From Polyangiaceae bacterium (GTDB lineage Bacteria > Myxococcota_A > Polyangia > Polyangiales > Polyangiaceae), in NCBI GenBank assembly GCA_044222475.1, contig JBGANF010000194.1:1-11269 (forward strand): a DNA stretch of 11,269 bases, read 5' to 3'. A program made the translations under genes and the position numbers. Positions 1 to 6,363 of the stretch are shown in pieces (the stretch's first letter is position 1; each line of letters opens with the position of its first letter). Under the pieces are notes generated by a model. That model was not told the DNA's origin, did not search any database, and saw only the letters and a list, made by a program, of their open reading frames with translations.

Positions 1-36
1 GGAAGCGGAAGCGGAAGCGGAAGCGGAAGCGGAACC
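1..36. repeat. Hexamer tandem repeat (GGAAGC)x5 plus one degenerate GGAACC, truncated by the window edge
   Basis: Direct reading: ggaagc repeated exactly over 1-30, then ggaacc at 31-36. CCGCTTC at 54-60 is the reverse complement of GAAGCGG in the repeat. Confidence 0.9.
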
Positions 37-58
37 AGCTTCGCCCCCCGCCGCCGCT

Positions 59-1162
59 TCAGACACCCTGCAGCGTCTCCGCGATCAGCCAGTCGACGAC
101 GGCCTTCATGTCCTTCGTCTTCTCGTAGACCTCGAGCTGACGATGGGCGCTCGTACCTTCGCGGGCGATGTCGACGACCTTGCGGACGACGTCCCGCGTG
201 CCGAGGATCTCCGCCGCCTCGTCGACGAAGTGCACGAGCTCCTGGATCAGGTCGAAGAACGGCCGCTCTTCCTGGCGGCCGAAATCGATCATCTTCGCGT
301 CGGTCCCGAAGCGCACCGCGCGCCACTTGTTCTCTTCGATCAAGCTGCGGGTGTACGAGCGCCACGACGTGTTCCGCCGGTGCATCAGGTACAGCTTGGC
401 CATCAGCGCCTGGATCAGCGCGACGATCGGCACGGTGTGATCGAGCCGGGTCGGCATGTCGCAGATGCGAACCTCGACGGTGTCGTAGACGTGGTGAGCG
501 CGGACGTCCCACCAGATCTTCTTCCCGTCGTCGATGCAGCCGGTCTTGATGAGCAGCTTCACGAAGCTCTGGAACTGCTCGTAGCTCTCGTACGGGTCGG
601 GGATGCCGGTGCGCGGGAAGCGCTTGAAGATCTGCGAGCGCGTGCTCATGAGGCCGGTCTTGCGACCGAGCCAGAACGGCGAGCTCGTGGTGAGCGCGAG
701 CAGGTGCGGCAGGAAGTAGCGAATCTGGTTCTGCAGCGCGATCGCGATCTCCTTGTCCTTCACGCCGACGTGGACGTGGAGACCGAAGATCAGGTTGCCG
801 CGCGCAACGTCCTGGAGGTCCTCGACGATACTGAAGTAGCGCTCGTTCGGGGAGATGTCCTGGGTCTTCCAGTCGCTGAAGGGGTGCGAGCTCGCGGCGA
901 CGATGCGCAGGTTGCCGCGGCGCGAGATGCGATCGAGCTCGCCTCGCATCTCGAGGAGCTCCTTCTTGACCTCGTGCACGTCGCGGCAGACGCTCGTCCC
1001 GACCTCGACGACGGACTGGTGCATCTCCATGCGAACGCGCTCGCGAAGGACGCTCTTGCCGTCTTCGAGGAGGCGCGAGATGTAGCTCCGGAGCTCGCGC
1101 GTCTCCGGGTCGACGATTTGGTATTCTTCTTCGACGCCGAGAGTGAACTGGCCGTCCAGCAT
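59..1162 (-). CDS. ybdK: Carboxylate-amine ligase, YbdK / glutamate--cysteine ligase family 2 (GCS2), 367 aa
   Basis: Family motifs FTLGVEEEYQIVD, EMHQSVVEVGT, FGLHVHVG, LLALTTSSPFW, R..FPRTG, IWWDVR, TVEVRICD. Start placed at ATG 1162 (MLDGQFTLG) because the family motif begins within a few residues and a TATCCT -10 box lies 6 nt upstream. Confidence 0.92.
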   Translation of the reverse strand: MLDGQFTLGVEEEYQIVDPETRELRSYISRLLEDGKSVLRERVRMEMHQSVVEVGTSVCRDVHEVKKELLEMRGELDRISRRGNLRIVAASSHPFSDWKTQDISPNERYFSIVEDLQDVARGNLIFGLHVHVGVKDKEIAIALQNQIRYFLPHLLALTTSSPFWLGRKTGLMSTRSQIFKRFPRTGIPDPYESYEQFQSFVKLLIKTGCIDDGKKIWWDVRAHHVYDTVEVRICDMPTRLDHTVPIVALIQALMAKLYLMHRRNTSWRSYTRSLIEENKWRAVRFGTDAKMIDFGRQEERPFFDLIQELVHFVDEAAEILGTRDVVRKVVDIAREGTSAHRQLEVYEKTKDMKAVVDWLIAETLQGV

Positions 1163-1168
1163 CGGGCC

Positions 1169-1174
1169 AGGATA
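1169..1174 (-). promoter_or_regulatory. Putative -10 element TATCCT for a leaderless ybdK-like transcript
   Basis: Minus strand reads TATCCT-ggcccg-ATG (6 nt spacer) with no Shine-Dalgarno. Confidence 0.55.
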
Positions 1175-1185
1175 CCCGATCGGCG

Positions 1186-1198
1186 GACGCATTGCGTC
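1186..1198. promoter_or_regulatory. Palindrome GACGCA-T-TGCGTC, possible operator between divergent genes
   Basis: Perfect 6-bp inverted repeat with a 1-nt centre, in the intergenic region between the ligase and the PD-(D/E)XK-like gene. Confidence 0.35.
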
Positions 1199-1224
1199 AT
1201 CTGGAAAGGATGACCGATCGAAGC

Positions 1225-1230
1225 TACGAT
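1225..1230 (+). promoter_or_regulatory. Putative -10 element TACGAT for the PD-(D/E)XK-PIN cassette
   Basis: TACGAT-tcgggt-GTG, with the GTG at 1237 in frame with the ORF. Confidence 0.55.
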
Positions 1231-1236
1231 TCGGGT

Positions 1237-1671
1237 GTGAGTTCCCCCCACGATTTCGTCCTCTACTCGCCGCACGGAGACGTTCGTATGGTCGTCGAGG
1301 CGAAGGGCCGGGCGGTCGTGGACACGACGTGGGCGACTCAACTTCGCGCGAACCTGATCGAGGGCGAGCGGCTCAGTGAGGCAACGCCCTTTCTACTCGT
1401 GACGCAGGCTGCGCTGTACTTTTGGAACGGCGGCGCGCCTTCGTCCGAAATGCCGTCGATCGAGTCCGCCAAGAACGGTTTGGCGCCCTACTTGAGTCGG
1501 GCCGGCATCGCGACGCGTGAGTGGATCGACCCCGACGTCCTCGAGTTGGTCGTAGCGGCGTGGCTTCGTGACCTCTCTGAAGGCGCAACGAAGCTCGATG
1601 AGTCGCTTGCCGGTTCGGCGCTTCCGGCCCTCCTGGTCGGAGCCCGCATTGTTTCTCCGGCCGCCGCGTGA
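1237..1671 (+). CDS. Hypothetical protein with a PD-(D/E)XK restriction-endonuclease-like motif (~144 aa; alternative start ATG 1210)
   Basis: N-terminal HDFVLYSPHGDVRMVVEAKGR fits the D-hhh...hhE-x-K pattern, followed by a helix (WATQLRANL) and a strand (FLLVT). Its TGA stop overlaps the GTG start of the PIN gene (GTGA at 1668-1671). Confidence 0.7.
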   Translation: MSSPHDFVLYSPHGDVRMVVEAKGRAVVDTTWATQLRANLIEGERLSEATPFLLVTQAALYFWNGGAPSSEMPSIESAKNGLAPYLSRAGIATREWIDPDVLELVVAAWLRDLSEGATKLDESLAGSALPALLVGARIVSPAAA

Positions 1672-2252
1672 TTGTCTACGTCGAGTCCAACTTCGTGCTC
1701 GAAGTCGTGCTCGAGAACGAGGCGCACGCCGACTGCGAGCGCATCGTCGAGCTTGCGGAAGGCAGGGCGATCGAGCTCCGCCTTCCGGCCTACGCGGTGC
1801 TCGAGCCGGACCAAACACTGCAACGGCGTCGGGAGAAGCTCAAAGCGCTCGAAGGTGACCTAGGCAGGGCGGTTCGGGAGCTGAAGCGATCTCCCCAGTG
1901 GCGCGACCGAGTCGACGCAACTACCGGGTTGCTGGCCGAGGCGATGGGGACGGCAGGTGACCGCTGGGACGAGGTACGCGCAAGACTGTGCGCAGTCGCG
2001 ACGCTGCTTCCGCTCGACGGCGCAACGCTCATCGCGGCCGAGAGAGCGAAGCGTGAGTTTTCGCTGCGGCTGCCCGACGCCGTCATCTACGCATCGGTTC
2101 TCGAGTCGTCGACTCGCGACCCGCGAGCATCGATCTTCGTCACCCGAGACGAAGCATTCGTCGACCCACGGATCGTCGAAGCTCTTCGCGCTGTGCGGTG
2201 CGACGTGCTTCGGAGCTTTGCCAAAGCGCGTGCGACGTTGGATCGAGCCTAG
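1668..2252 (+). CDS. PIN-domain protein, putative ribonuclease/toxin (194 aa)
   Basis: PIN layout: N-terminal strand IVYVESNFV (Glu in place of the usual Asp), AVLEP, LPDAVIYAS and IFVTRDEAF. A long helical insertion (LQRRREKLKALEGDLGRAVRELKR) follows the second acidic residue. Confidence 0.85.
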   Translation: MIVYVESNFVLEVVLENEAHADCERIVELAEGRAIELRLPAYAVLEPDQTLQRRREKLKALEGDLGRAVRELKRSPQWRDRVDATTGLLAEAMGTAGDRWDEVRARLCAVATLLPLDGATLIAAERAKREFSLRLPDAVIYASVLESSTRDPRASIFVTRDEAFVDPRIVEALRAVRCDVLRSFAKARATLDRA

Positions 2253-2254
2253 CG

Positions 2255-3214
2255 TCAGCGCTTCGTGTGGTCCGGCCGCTCGTGCTTCGGCGTCGCCAGG
2301 TAGGCCCGGTGGGCGTAGTCCTCGGTGTGGCCGCGCCCTTCGCGCACGCACTTGATGACGAACTTCGCCATCTCGTCGACGACCATGTGGAAGTGCTTCG
2401 GCAGGATCGAGTGGATGTCGAAGTCGGGCGCCGGGTTCGTGAAGTCGATGGCGTAGGGCACGCCGTCGCGGATCGCGAACTCGACCGAGTTCATGTCGTA
2501 GCCGAGCGCGTGGTTCAGGGCGTATGCCCCCTCGAGGACCTTGTGCTCGACCTCTTTCGGGAGGAACGGTTTGTCGTTCTGGATGTAACAGCGGCGCTTC
2601 GGGTCGTACTGGATCGGGAGGATGAACTCCTTCCCGATGCAGATGCAGCGCACGTACTGATCGAAGTCGATGAACTCCTGGAGGTTCATGACCAGCTGGT
2701 CACTGTCGTCGTAGGCGCGCATCAGCGCATCGCGGTCGTCGCACTTGGTGACGTTCTTCCAGCCACCGCCGTCGGCCGGCTTCATGAACGCGGGGAAGCC
2801 CACGTAGTCGAAGATGCCCTCCCAATCGAGCGGGAACTCCAGGTTGCGCAGCGAACGCTTCGGGTCCACCGACTTCGAGTAGCGCTTCTGCGGAAGCGTC
2901 ACCGTGCGCGGGACGGCGACGCCGATCTTCGACGCGAGGGCGAAGCCGAACGCCTTGTCGTCGGCGCTCCACCAGAGCGGATCGTTGATGACGTACGTGC
3001 CCGCGAGCACCGCCTGCTTCAGGAAGAACCTATAGAAGGGGACCTCGTGGCTCATCCGGTCGACGATGACGCGGTGGGTCGGCTCGTAGCGCTCCCGCAC
3101 CGCGCCGATCTTCATGATCTCGGCGTGAAACCCAGGGGTCTCGTTGACCTTGGCGATGAAGGCCGGGGGAAAGGTGTCCTCCCAGCCGACGATGATCCCG
3201 ATCCGTTCCGTCAT
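2255..3214 (-). CDS. ATP-grasp domain ligase, RimK/glutathione-synthetase-like superfamily (319 aa)
   Basis: IVDRMSHE, VINDP..ADDK, VGFPAFMKPADGGGWKNV (ATP-binding Lys plus Gly loop), LQEFIDF, and SVEFAIRDGVPYAIDFTNPAPD (metal-binding D/E-x-x-N region). Third codon positions are strongly GC. Confidence 0.9.
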   Translation of the reverse strand: MTERIGIIVGWEDTFPPAFIAKVNETPGFHAEIMKIGAVRERYEPTHRVIVDRMSHEVPFYRFFLKQAVLAGTYVINDPLWWSADDKAFGFALASKIGVAVPRTVTLPQKRYSKSVDPKRSLRNLEFPLDWEGIFDYVGFPAFMKPADGGGWKNVTKCDDRDALMRAYDDSDQLVMNLQEFIDFDQYVRCICIGKEFILPIQYDPKRRCYIQNDKPFLPKEVEHKVLEGAYALNHALGYDMNSVEFAIRDGVPYAIDFTNPAPDFDIHSILPKHFHMVVDEMAKFVIKCVREGRGHTEDYAHRAYLATPKHERPDHTKR

Positions 3215-3221
3215 GCGACGG

Positions 3222-3230
3222 ACGTTAGCA
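3222..3230 (-). promoter_or_regulatory. Putative extended -10 promoter TGCTAACGT (leaderless ATP-grasp gene)
   Basis: Minus strand reads TTTTGCTAACGT-ccgtcgc-ATG, i.e. TGn-TAnnnT with a 7 nt spacer to ATG 3214. Confidence 0.6.
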
Positions 3231-3259
3231 AAACCCGCGTCGCCCTGGGGAGAGAACGG

Positions 3260-4168
3260 TCAGACCGCGACGTCGAACTCGCGCATGTCGCCCTGGACGG
3301 GGGCCTCGAGTGGCTTCAGCCCGCGCTGCTCGGCCAGCTCGTTGAAACGGTGGGTCAGCCAACCCGGGATGAGGAGCGCGAACGTCTTCGCGAGTCGCTC
3401 CGGGTTGCTCAGGCTCGTCTTCATCTTCTCGAGGAGTGCATCGCCGTAGGCGACGCGGAGCGCATCCTGGCTCTCGGGCTTGTCGACCCAAGCCATGACG
3501 CCGGGCTTGTCCGCCTCGGGGTGGAACTGCACGCCGTGGATGCCCGGCCCGAACCGCAGACCCAGGAGCGCATCGCCCTTGAACTTGTGTTGGGGATGCG
3601 ACGCGTGCGTCTCGGTCGCGAGGACCTCGCCGCCGAGCTCGGAGAGCCGCTTCTCGTCGAGATCGATCGCCTCCCAGTTGCGGTGCTCCCAGCAGAAGAG
3701 TCGATACCCGAACGGCGTGAGGAAATCGGCGCGCTCGCCGGCCTGGGTCATGTAGGCCGTCATCAGGCCGAACTTCTTCGTCGCGCGCGGCTCCATCGTC
3801 GCGACCGCGGTGTGGAGGACCGCGAGCTGGAACGAGTGGCACACGAGGAGCGCCTTCGGTGCGGTCGACGCGTCGGCGAGGTTCCGCTCCATGACGTGGT
3901 CGAGGAAGCCGCGGTAGCCGGTGCACCACGCCGCATCGAACCCGTCGTACGGAGATCCAGGGCCACCGCTCGAGAGGAGGAGATCGGTGTCCTTCGGCGG
4001 CAGCTCACCGAGGTTTCGCGGCTGGACGTGCGTGAACACGACCTCGAGCGACGGGTTCCGCTCGCGCACTCGCTTGCCGAACGCATCGACCAGTCGCCGG
4101 AAACAGCGCGTCGCCTGGTTGGCCACCCCGTTGTTCATGTCGACGAGGCAAATGCGAAGCGGTGGCAT
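3260..4168 (-). CDS. Class I glutamine amidotransferase-fold protein (302 aa)
   Basis: SSGGPGSP oxyanion strand, LLVCHSFQL nucleophile-elbow Cys and GVQFHPEAD His-Pro-Glu give an intact triad. Start chosen at ATG 4168 (MPPLRICLVDMNNG) because the first beta strand follows directly. Confidence 0.88.
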   Translation of the reverse strand: MPPLRICLVDMNNGVANQATRCFRRLVDAFGKRVRERNPSLEVVFTHVQPRNLGELPPKDTDLLLSSGGPGSPYDGFDAAWCTGYRGFLDHVMERNLADASTAPKALLVCHSFQLAVLHTAVATMEPRATKKFGLMTAYMTQAGERADFLTPFGYRLFCWEHRNWEAIDLDEKRLSELGGEVLATETHASHPQHKFKGDALLGLRFGPGIHGVQFHPEADKPGVMAWVDKPESQDALRVAYGDALLEKMKTSLSNPERLAKTFALLIPGWLTHRFNELAEQRGLKPLEAPVQGDMREFDVAV

Positions 4169-4180
4169 GGATTGTCGAAC

Positions 4181-4189
4181 AATGTAGCA
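4181..4189 (-). promoter_or_regulatory. Putative extended -10 promoter TGCTACATT for the amidotransferase gene
   Basis: Minus strand reads TTTTGCTACATT, 12 nt before ATG 4168, in an AT-rich intergenic patch. The same TTTTGCTA core lies upstream of the ATP-grasp gene. Confidence 0.5.
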
Positions 4190-4237
4190 AAATGGCTGGG
4201 AATTCGCCATAAACCCGCGACAGGCCCGACCCCCCAG

Positions 4238-5446
4238 ATGAAGCGCCGCTCCGAACCTCGTTTAACCACTGCCTCTTCTCAGCCCTCTTCTCCGCCTCCT
4301 TCCGCGCGCGGGGGGCGCGAGGGCGACCCCCTGCCGATCGTCGAGAGGCTCCAGGCCGACCACGAGTTCACCGGCCGCGGCGTCGTCGCGGCGTTCATCG
4401 ACTCGGGGTTCTTCGCCCACCCCGACCTGGTCACGCCGCACTCGCGCATCCACGCCTACCACGACATCCTCGGCGGGCCGTCGGGGCCGGAGGCCCTGCA
4501 ATCCACCGACGCGTCTTCGTGGCACGGCATGATGTCGACCGTCGTCGCGGCCGGGAACGGCGCGCTGTCGGACGGTCGCTTCAAGGGGCTCGCGCCCCAC
4601 ATGGGGCTCGTCCTCGTGAAGGCCGGGTCGCTCTCGCGCGTCCACCACGACGACATCGCACGGGCGATCGAGTGGGTCCTCGTGAACCGCGGCCGCTTCG
4701 ACATTCGCATCCTCAACATCTCGTGCGGCGGCGACTACGAGGCGAGCTACCTCGACGACGTCATGAGCCGCTTCGCCGAGGCGTGCGTCCGCGCCGGCAT
4801 CGTCGTCGTTGCTGCGGTCGGCAACGCGGGGCACCGGCCCGGCTACATCGTTCCTCCGGCGAGCGTGCCGGCGGTGATCAGCGTGGGCGGCCTCGACGAC
4901 GGCGGCAATCCCCATTTGGGATCGATCTCCGCGTATCGCTCGTCGTACGGCGCCACGATCGACGGGATCCAGAAGCCAGAGATCATCACCCTCGCCGACT
5001 GGCTCCCCGCGCCGATCCTGCCGGAGACGCCGACCCACAAGGAGGCGATCTTCTTGCGCCGCCTCGCCGAAGCGCCCGACGCCGAGCTCGCCTCGATCGT
5101 CGAGCAGCACCCGGGGGTGTTCAAGCCGCTCGACGCCGCGCGCAACCAGCCGGCGTACCTCATGCGGCAGATCATCGACGCCGGCCTCCGCGACGAGAAG
5201 GTGATCAACGCCCACTACAAGATGGTCGACGGTACGAGCTTCGCCGCGCCGATCGTCACGAGCGTCGTGGCGCAGATGCTCGAGGCGAACCCGGAGCTCC
5301 GCCCCCACGAGGTGAAGCGCATCCTCGTCACCACCGCGAAGCGCGTGCCCCACATCGACTTCGACCGTCAGGGCTTCGGCGCCGTTCAGCCCCGTGCCGC
5401 GGTGGAAAAGGCTCGCGAGCTGCGGACCAAGCGAAGCGCGCGCTGA
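4238..5446 (+). CDS. S8 (subtilisin-family) serine peptidase, apparently cytoplasmic (~402 aa; start uncertain)
   Basis: Catalytic motifs TGRGVVAAFIDSG (Asp), WHGMMSTVVAAG (His), VAAVGNAG (oxyanion Asn) and DGTSFAAPIVTSVVA (Ser), plus QKPEI and NPELRPHEVKRIL. No hydrophobic signal peptide. This is the real 3' part of the 2198..5446 ORF. Confidence 0.92.
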   Translation: MKRRSEPRLTTASSQPSSPPPSARGGREGDPLPIVERLQADHEFTGRGVVAAFIDSGFFAHPDLVTPHSRIHAYHDILGGPSGPEALQSTDASSWHGMMSTVVAAGNGALSDGRFKGLAPHMGLVLVKAGSLSRVHHDDIARAIEWVLVNRGRFDIRILNISCGGDYEASYLDDVMSRFAEACVRAGIVVVAAVGNAGHRPGYIVPPASVPAVISVGGLDDGGNPHLGSISAYRSSYGATIDGIQKPEIITLADWLPAPILPETPTHKEAIFLRRLAEAPDAELASIVEQHPGVFKPLDAARNQPAYLMRQIIDAGLRDEKVINAHYKMVDGTSFAAPIVTSVVAQMLEANPELRPHEVKRILVTTAKRVPHIDFDRQGFGAVQPRAAVEKARELRTKRSAR

Positions 5447-5449
5447 GCC

Positions 5450-6340
5450 TCAGGGCTGGTGACAGAAGTCGTACGGGAGATCGGCGGAGCCCTGTAGCGG
5501 AGCGCTGCCCGCCCCGGCGCGGACGGTCCACTCGATCGGATCGTGCCCGGCGAGCGTGAACGCGTACGTCGGTCGCGCGGCGAGCTTGCCCGCGGCGGAC
5601 AGGCGAGCGAACGCCTCCGACACCTTGCACGGTGGGTGCGTGATCGTCTCCAGGCGGTCGCGGCCGATGAGCGCCATCGACACCACCGTTCCCTTCGACC
5701 CGAGCTCGATGATGAGGTGGCACGTCGTCTCGGCGACGCCGGGGGTCGTCTCGATGCGCTTCTGGTAGTCCGCCATGCAGCCAGCCGAGTAGAAATCGTA
5801 GGTGACCTTCGCGCCGTCGCGGGTGAGGTCGACGATGCCGTCCTTCCCGATCGGGTCGGCCTCGATCAGCTTGAGCTCGGCGTCGGGCCACCACGCGCGG
5901 CCGATGTTTCCCGCCCAGTCGAGGTTGGCGAGCGGATCGAAGTGCTCTCGGCTCGTCGCCATGGGCGGTGTGTCGAGCGGACGGTCCACGTTCCAGACGA
6001 TCGACGCGGTGTGGAGCTCGCTGAGCGAGAGCGTCCCGGTCGAGGAGGGCGACGACCGGCGCGCGATGGCGAAGATGACGACGCCGATCGCGAACACGCC
6101 GAGCAGACCGACGATCGCGAGCCCGGTGTTGCCCTTGGCTTCGCGCGACGCCTGCGAGAGGCCCTCGGTCGATCGCGGTGCTCTCCTCGGTCGAGGCGAT
6201 GGAGGCGGCGGTGGAGGGGGAGGGGCCTCGGCCTCGATGCGGTTCTCCGTCCCGCAGTACTCGCAGCGGAGGACCGCGCCGACCTCGCCAGCGGAGAGCT
6301 TGGCTCCGCAGTTCGAGCAGATCTCGTGCGCCGTTGCCAT
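5450..6340 (-). CDS. Hypothetical single-pass membrane protein with an N-terminal zinc ribbon (296 aa)
   Basis: CSNCG...CEYCG zinc ribbon, poly-Pro linker, TM helix (GLAIVGLLGVFAIGVVIFAIA), then an extracytoplasmic domain with four Cys. Confidence 0.8.
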   Translation of the reverse strand: MATAHEICSNCGAKLSAGEVGAVLRCEYCGTENRIEAEAPPPPPPPPSPRPRRAPRSTEGLSQASREAKGNTGLAIVGLLGVFAIGVVIFAIARRSSPSSTGTLSLSELHTASIVWNVDRPLDTPPMATSREHFDPLANLDWAGNIGRAWWPDAELKLIEADPIGKDGIVDLTRDGAKVTYDFYSAGCMADYQKRIETTPGVAETTCHLIIELGSKGTVVSMALIGRDRLETITHPPCKVSEAFARLSAAGKLAARPTYAFTLAGHDPIEWTVRAGAGSAPLQGSADLPYDFCHQP

Positions 6341-6363
6341 GCCGGCATCCTAACCTATCGGTC
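6341..6363. promoter_or_regulatory. Bidirectional leaderless promoter with overlapping -10 boxes (TAGGAT on -, TAACCT on +)
   Basis: 23-bp gap between divergent ATGs. Minus strand: TAGGAT (6347-6352)-6 nt-ATG 6340. Plus strand: TAACCT (6351-6356)-7 nt-ATG 6364. Confidence 0.6.

Noticed and set aside
143..1213. 356-aa plus-strand ORF and the other long overlapping ORFs (e.g. 4262..5353, 4519..5559, 5328..6371, 7869..9308, 7925..9349, 9311..10507)
   Set aside because: These are shadow or alternative frames of well-supported genes, with Arg/Ala/Pro-rich or antisense-typical composition and no recognisable motifs.
1175..2254. Insertion sequence or other mobile element
   Set aside because: No transposase or integrase, terminal inverted repeats or target-site duplication were found by eye.
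59..3214. Canonical gshA/gshB glutathione synthesis genes
   Set aside because: The ligase is YbdK/GCS2-type, and the ATP-grasp protein lacks recognisable GshB N-terminal motifs. The substrate cannot be assigned.
3260..4168. guaA, trpG or pabA assignment
   Set aside because: There is no GMP synthase ATPase domain or synthase partner nearby, and the protein is longer than TrpG/PabA. Only the fold and triad are supported.
3226..4192. TTTTGCTA motifs as sigma54 -12 boxes
   Set aside because: Neither copy has GG at the required 10-nt distance upstream of the GC. An extended -10 reading fits better.
2198..4237. N-terminal ~680 aa of the 1082-aa ORF 2198..5446, which could suggest a giant S8 fusion protein
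   Set aside because: It is the antisense shadow of the ATP-grasp and GATase genes, which carry clear family motifs. Stop-free antisense frames are common in high-GC DNA. Only 4238-5446 has protease motifs.
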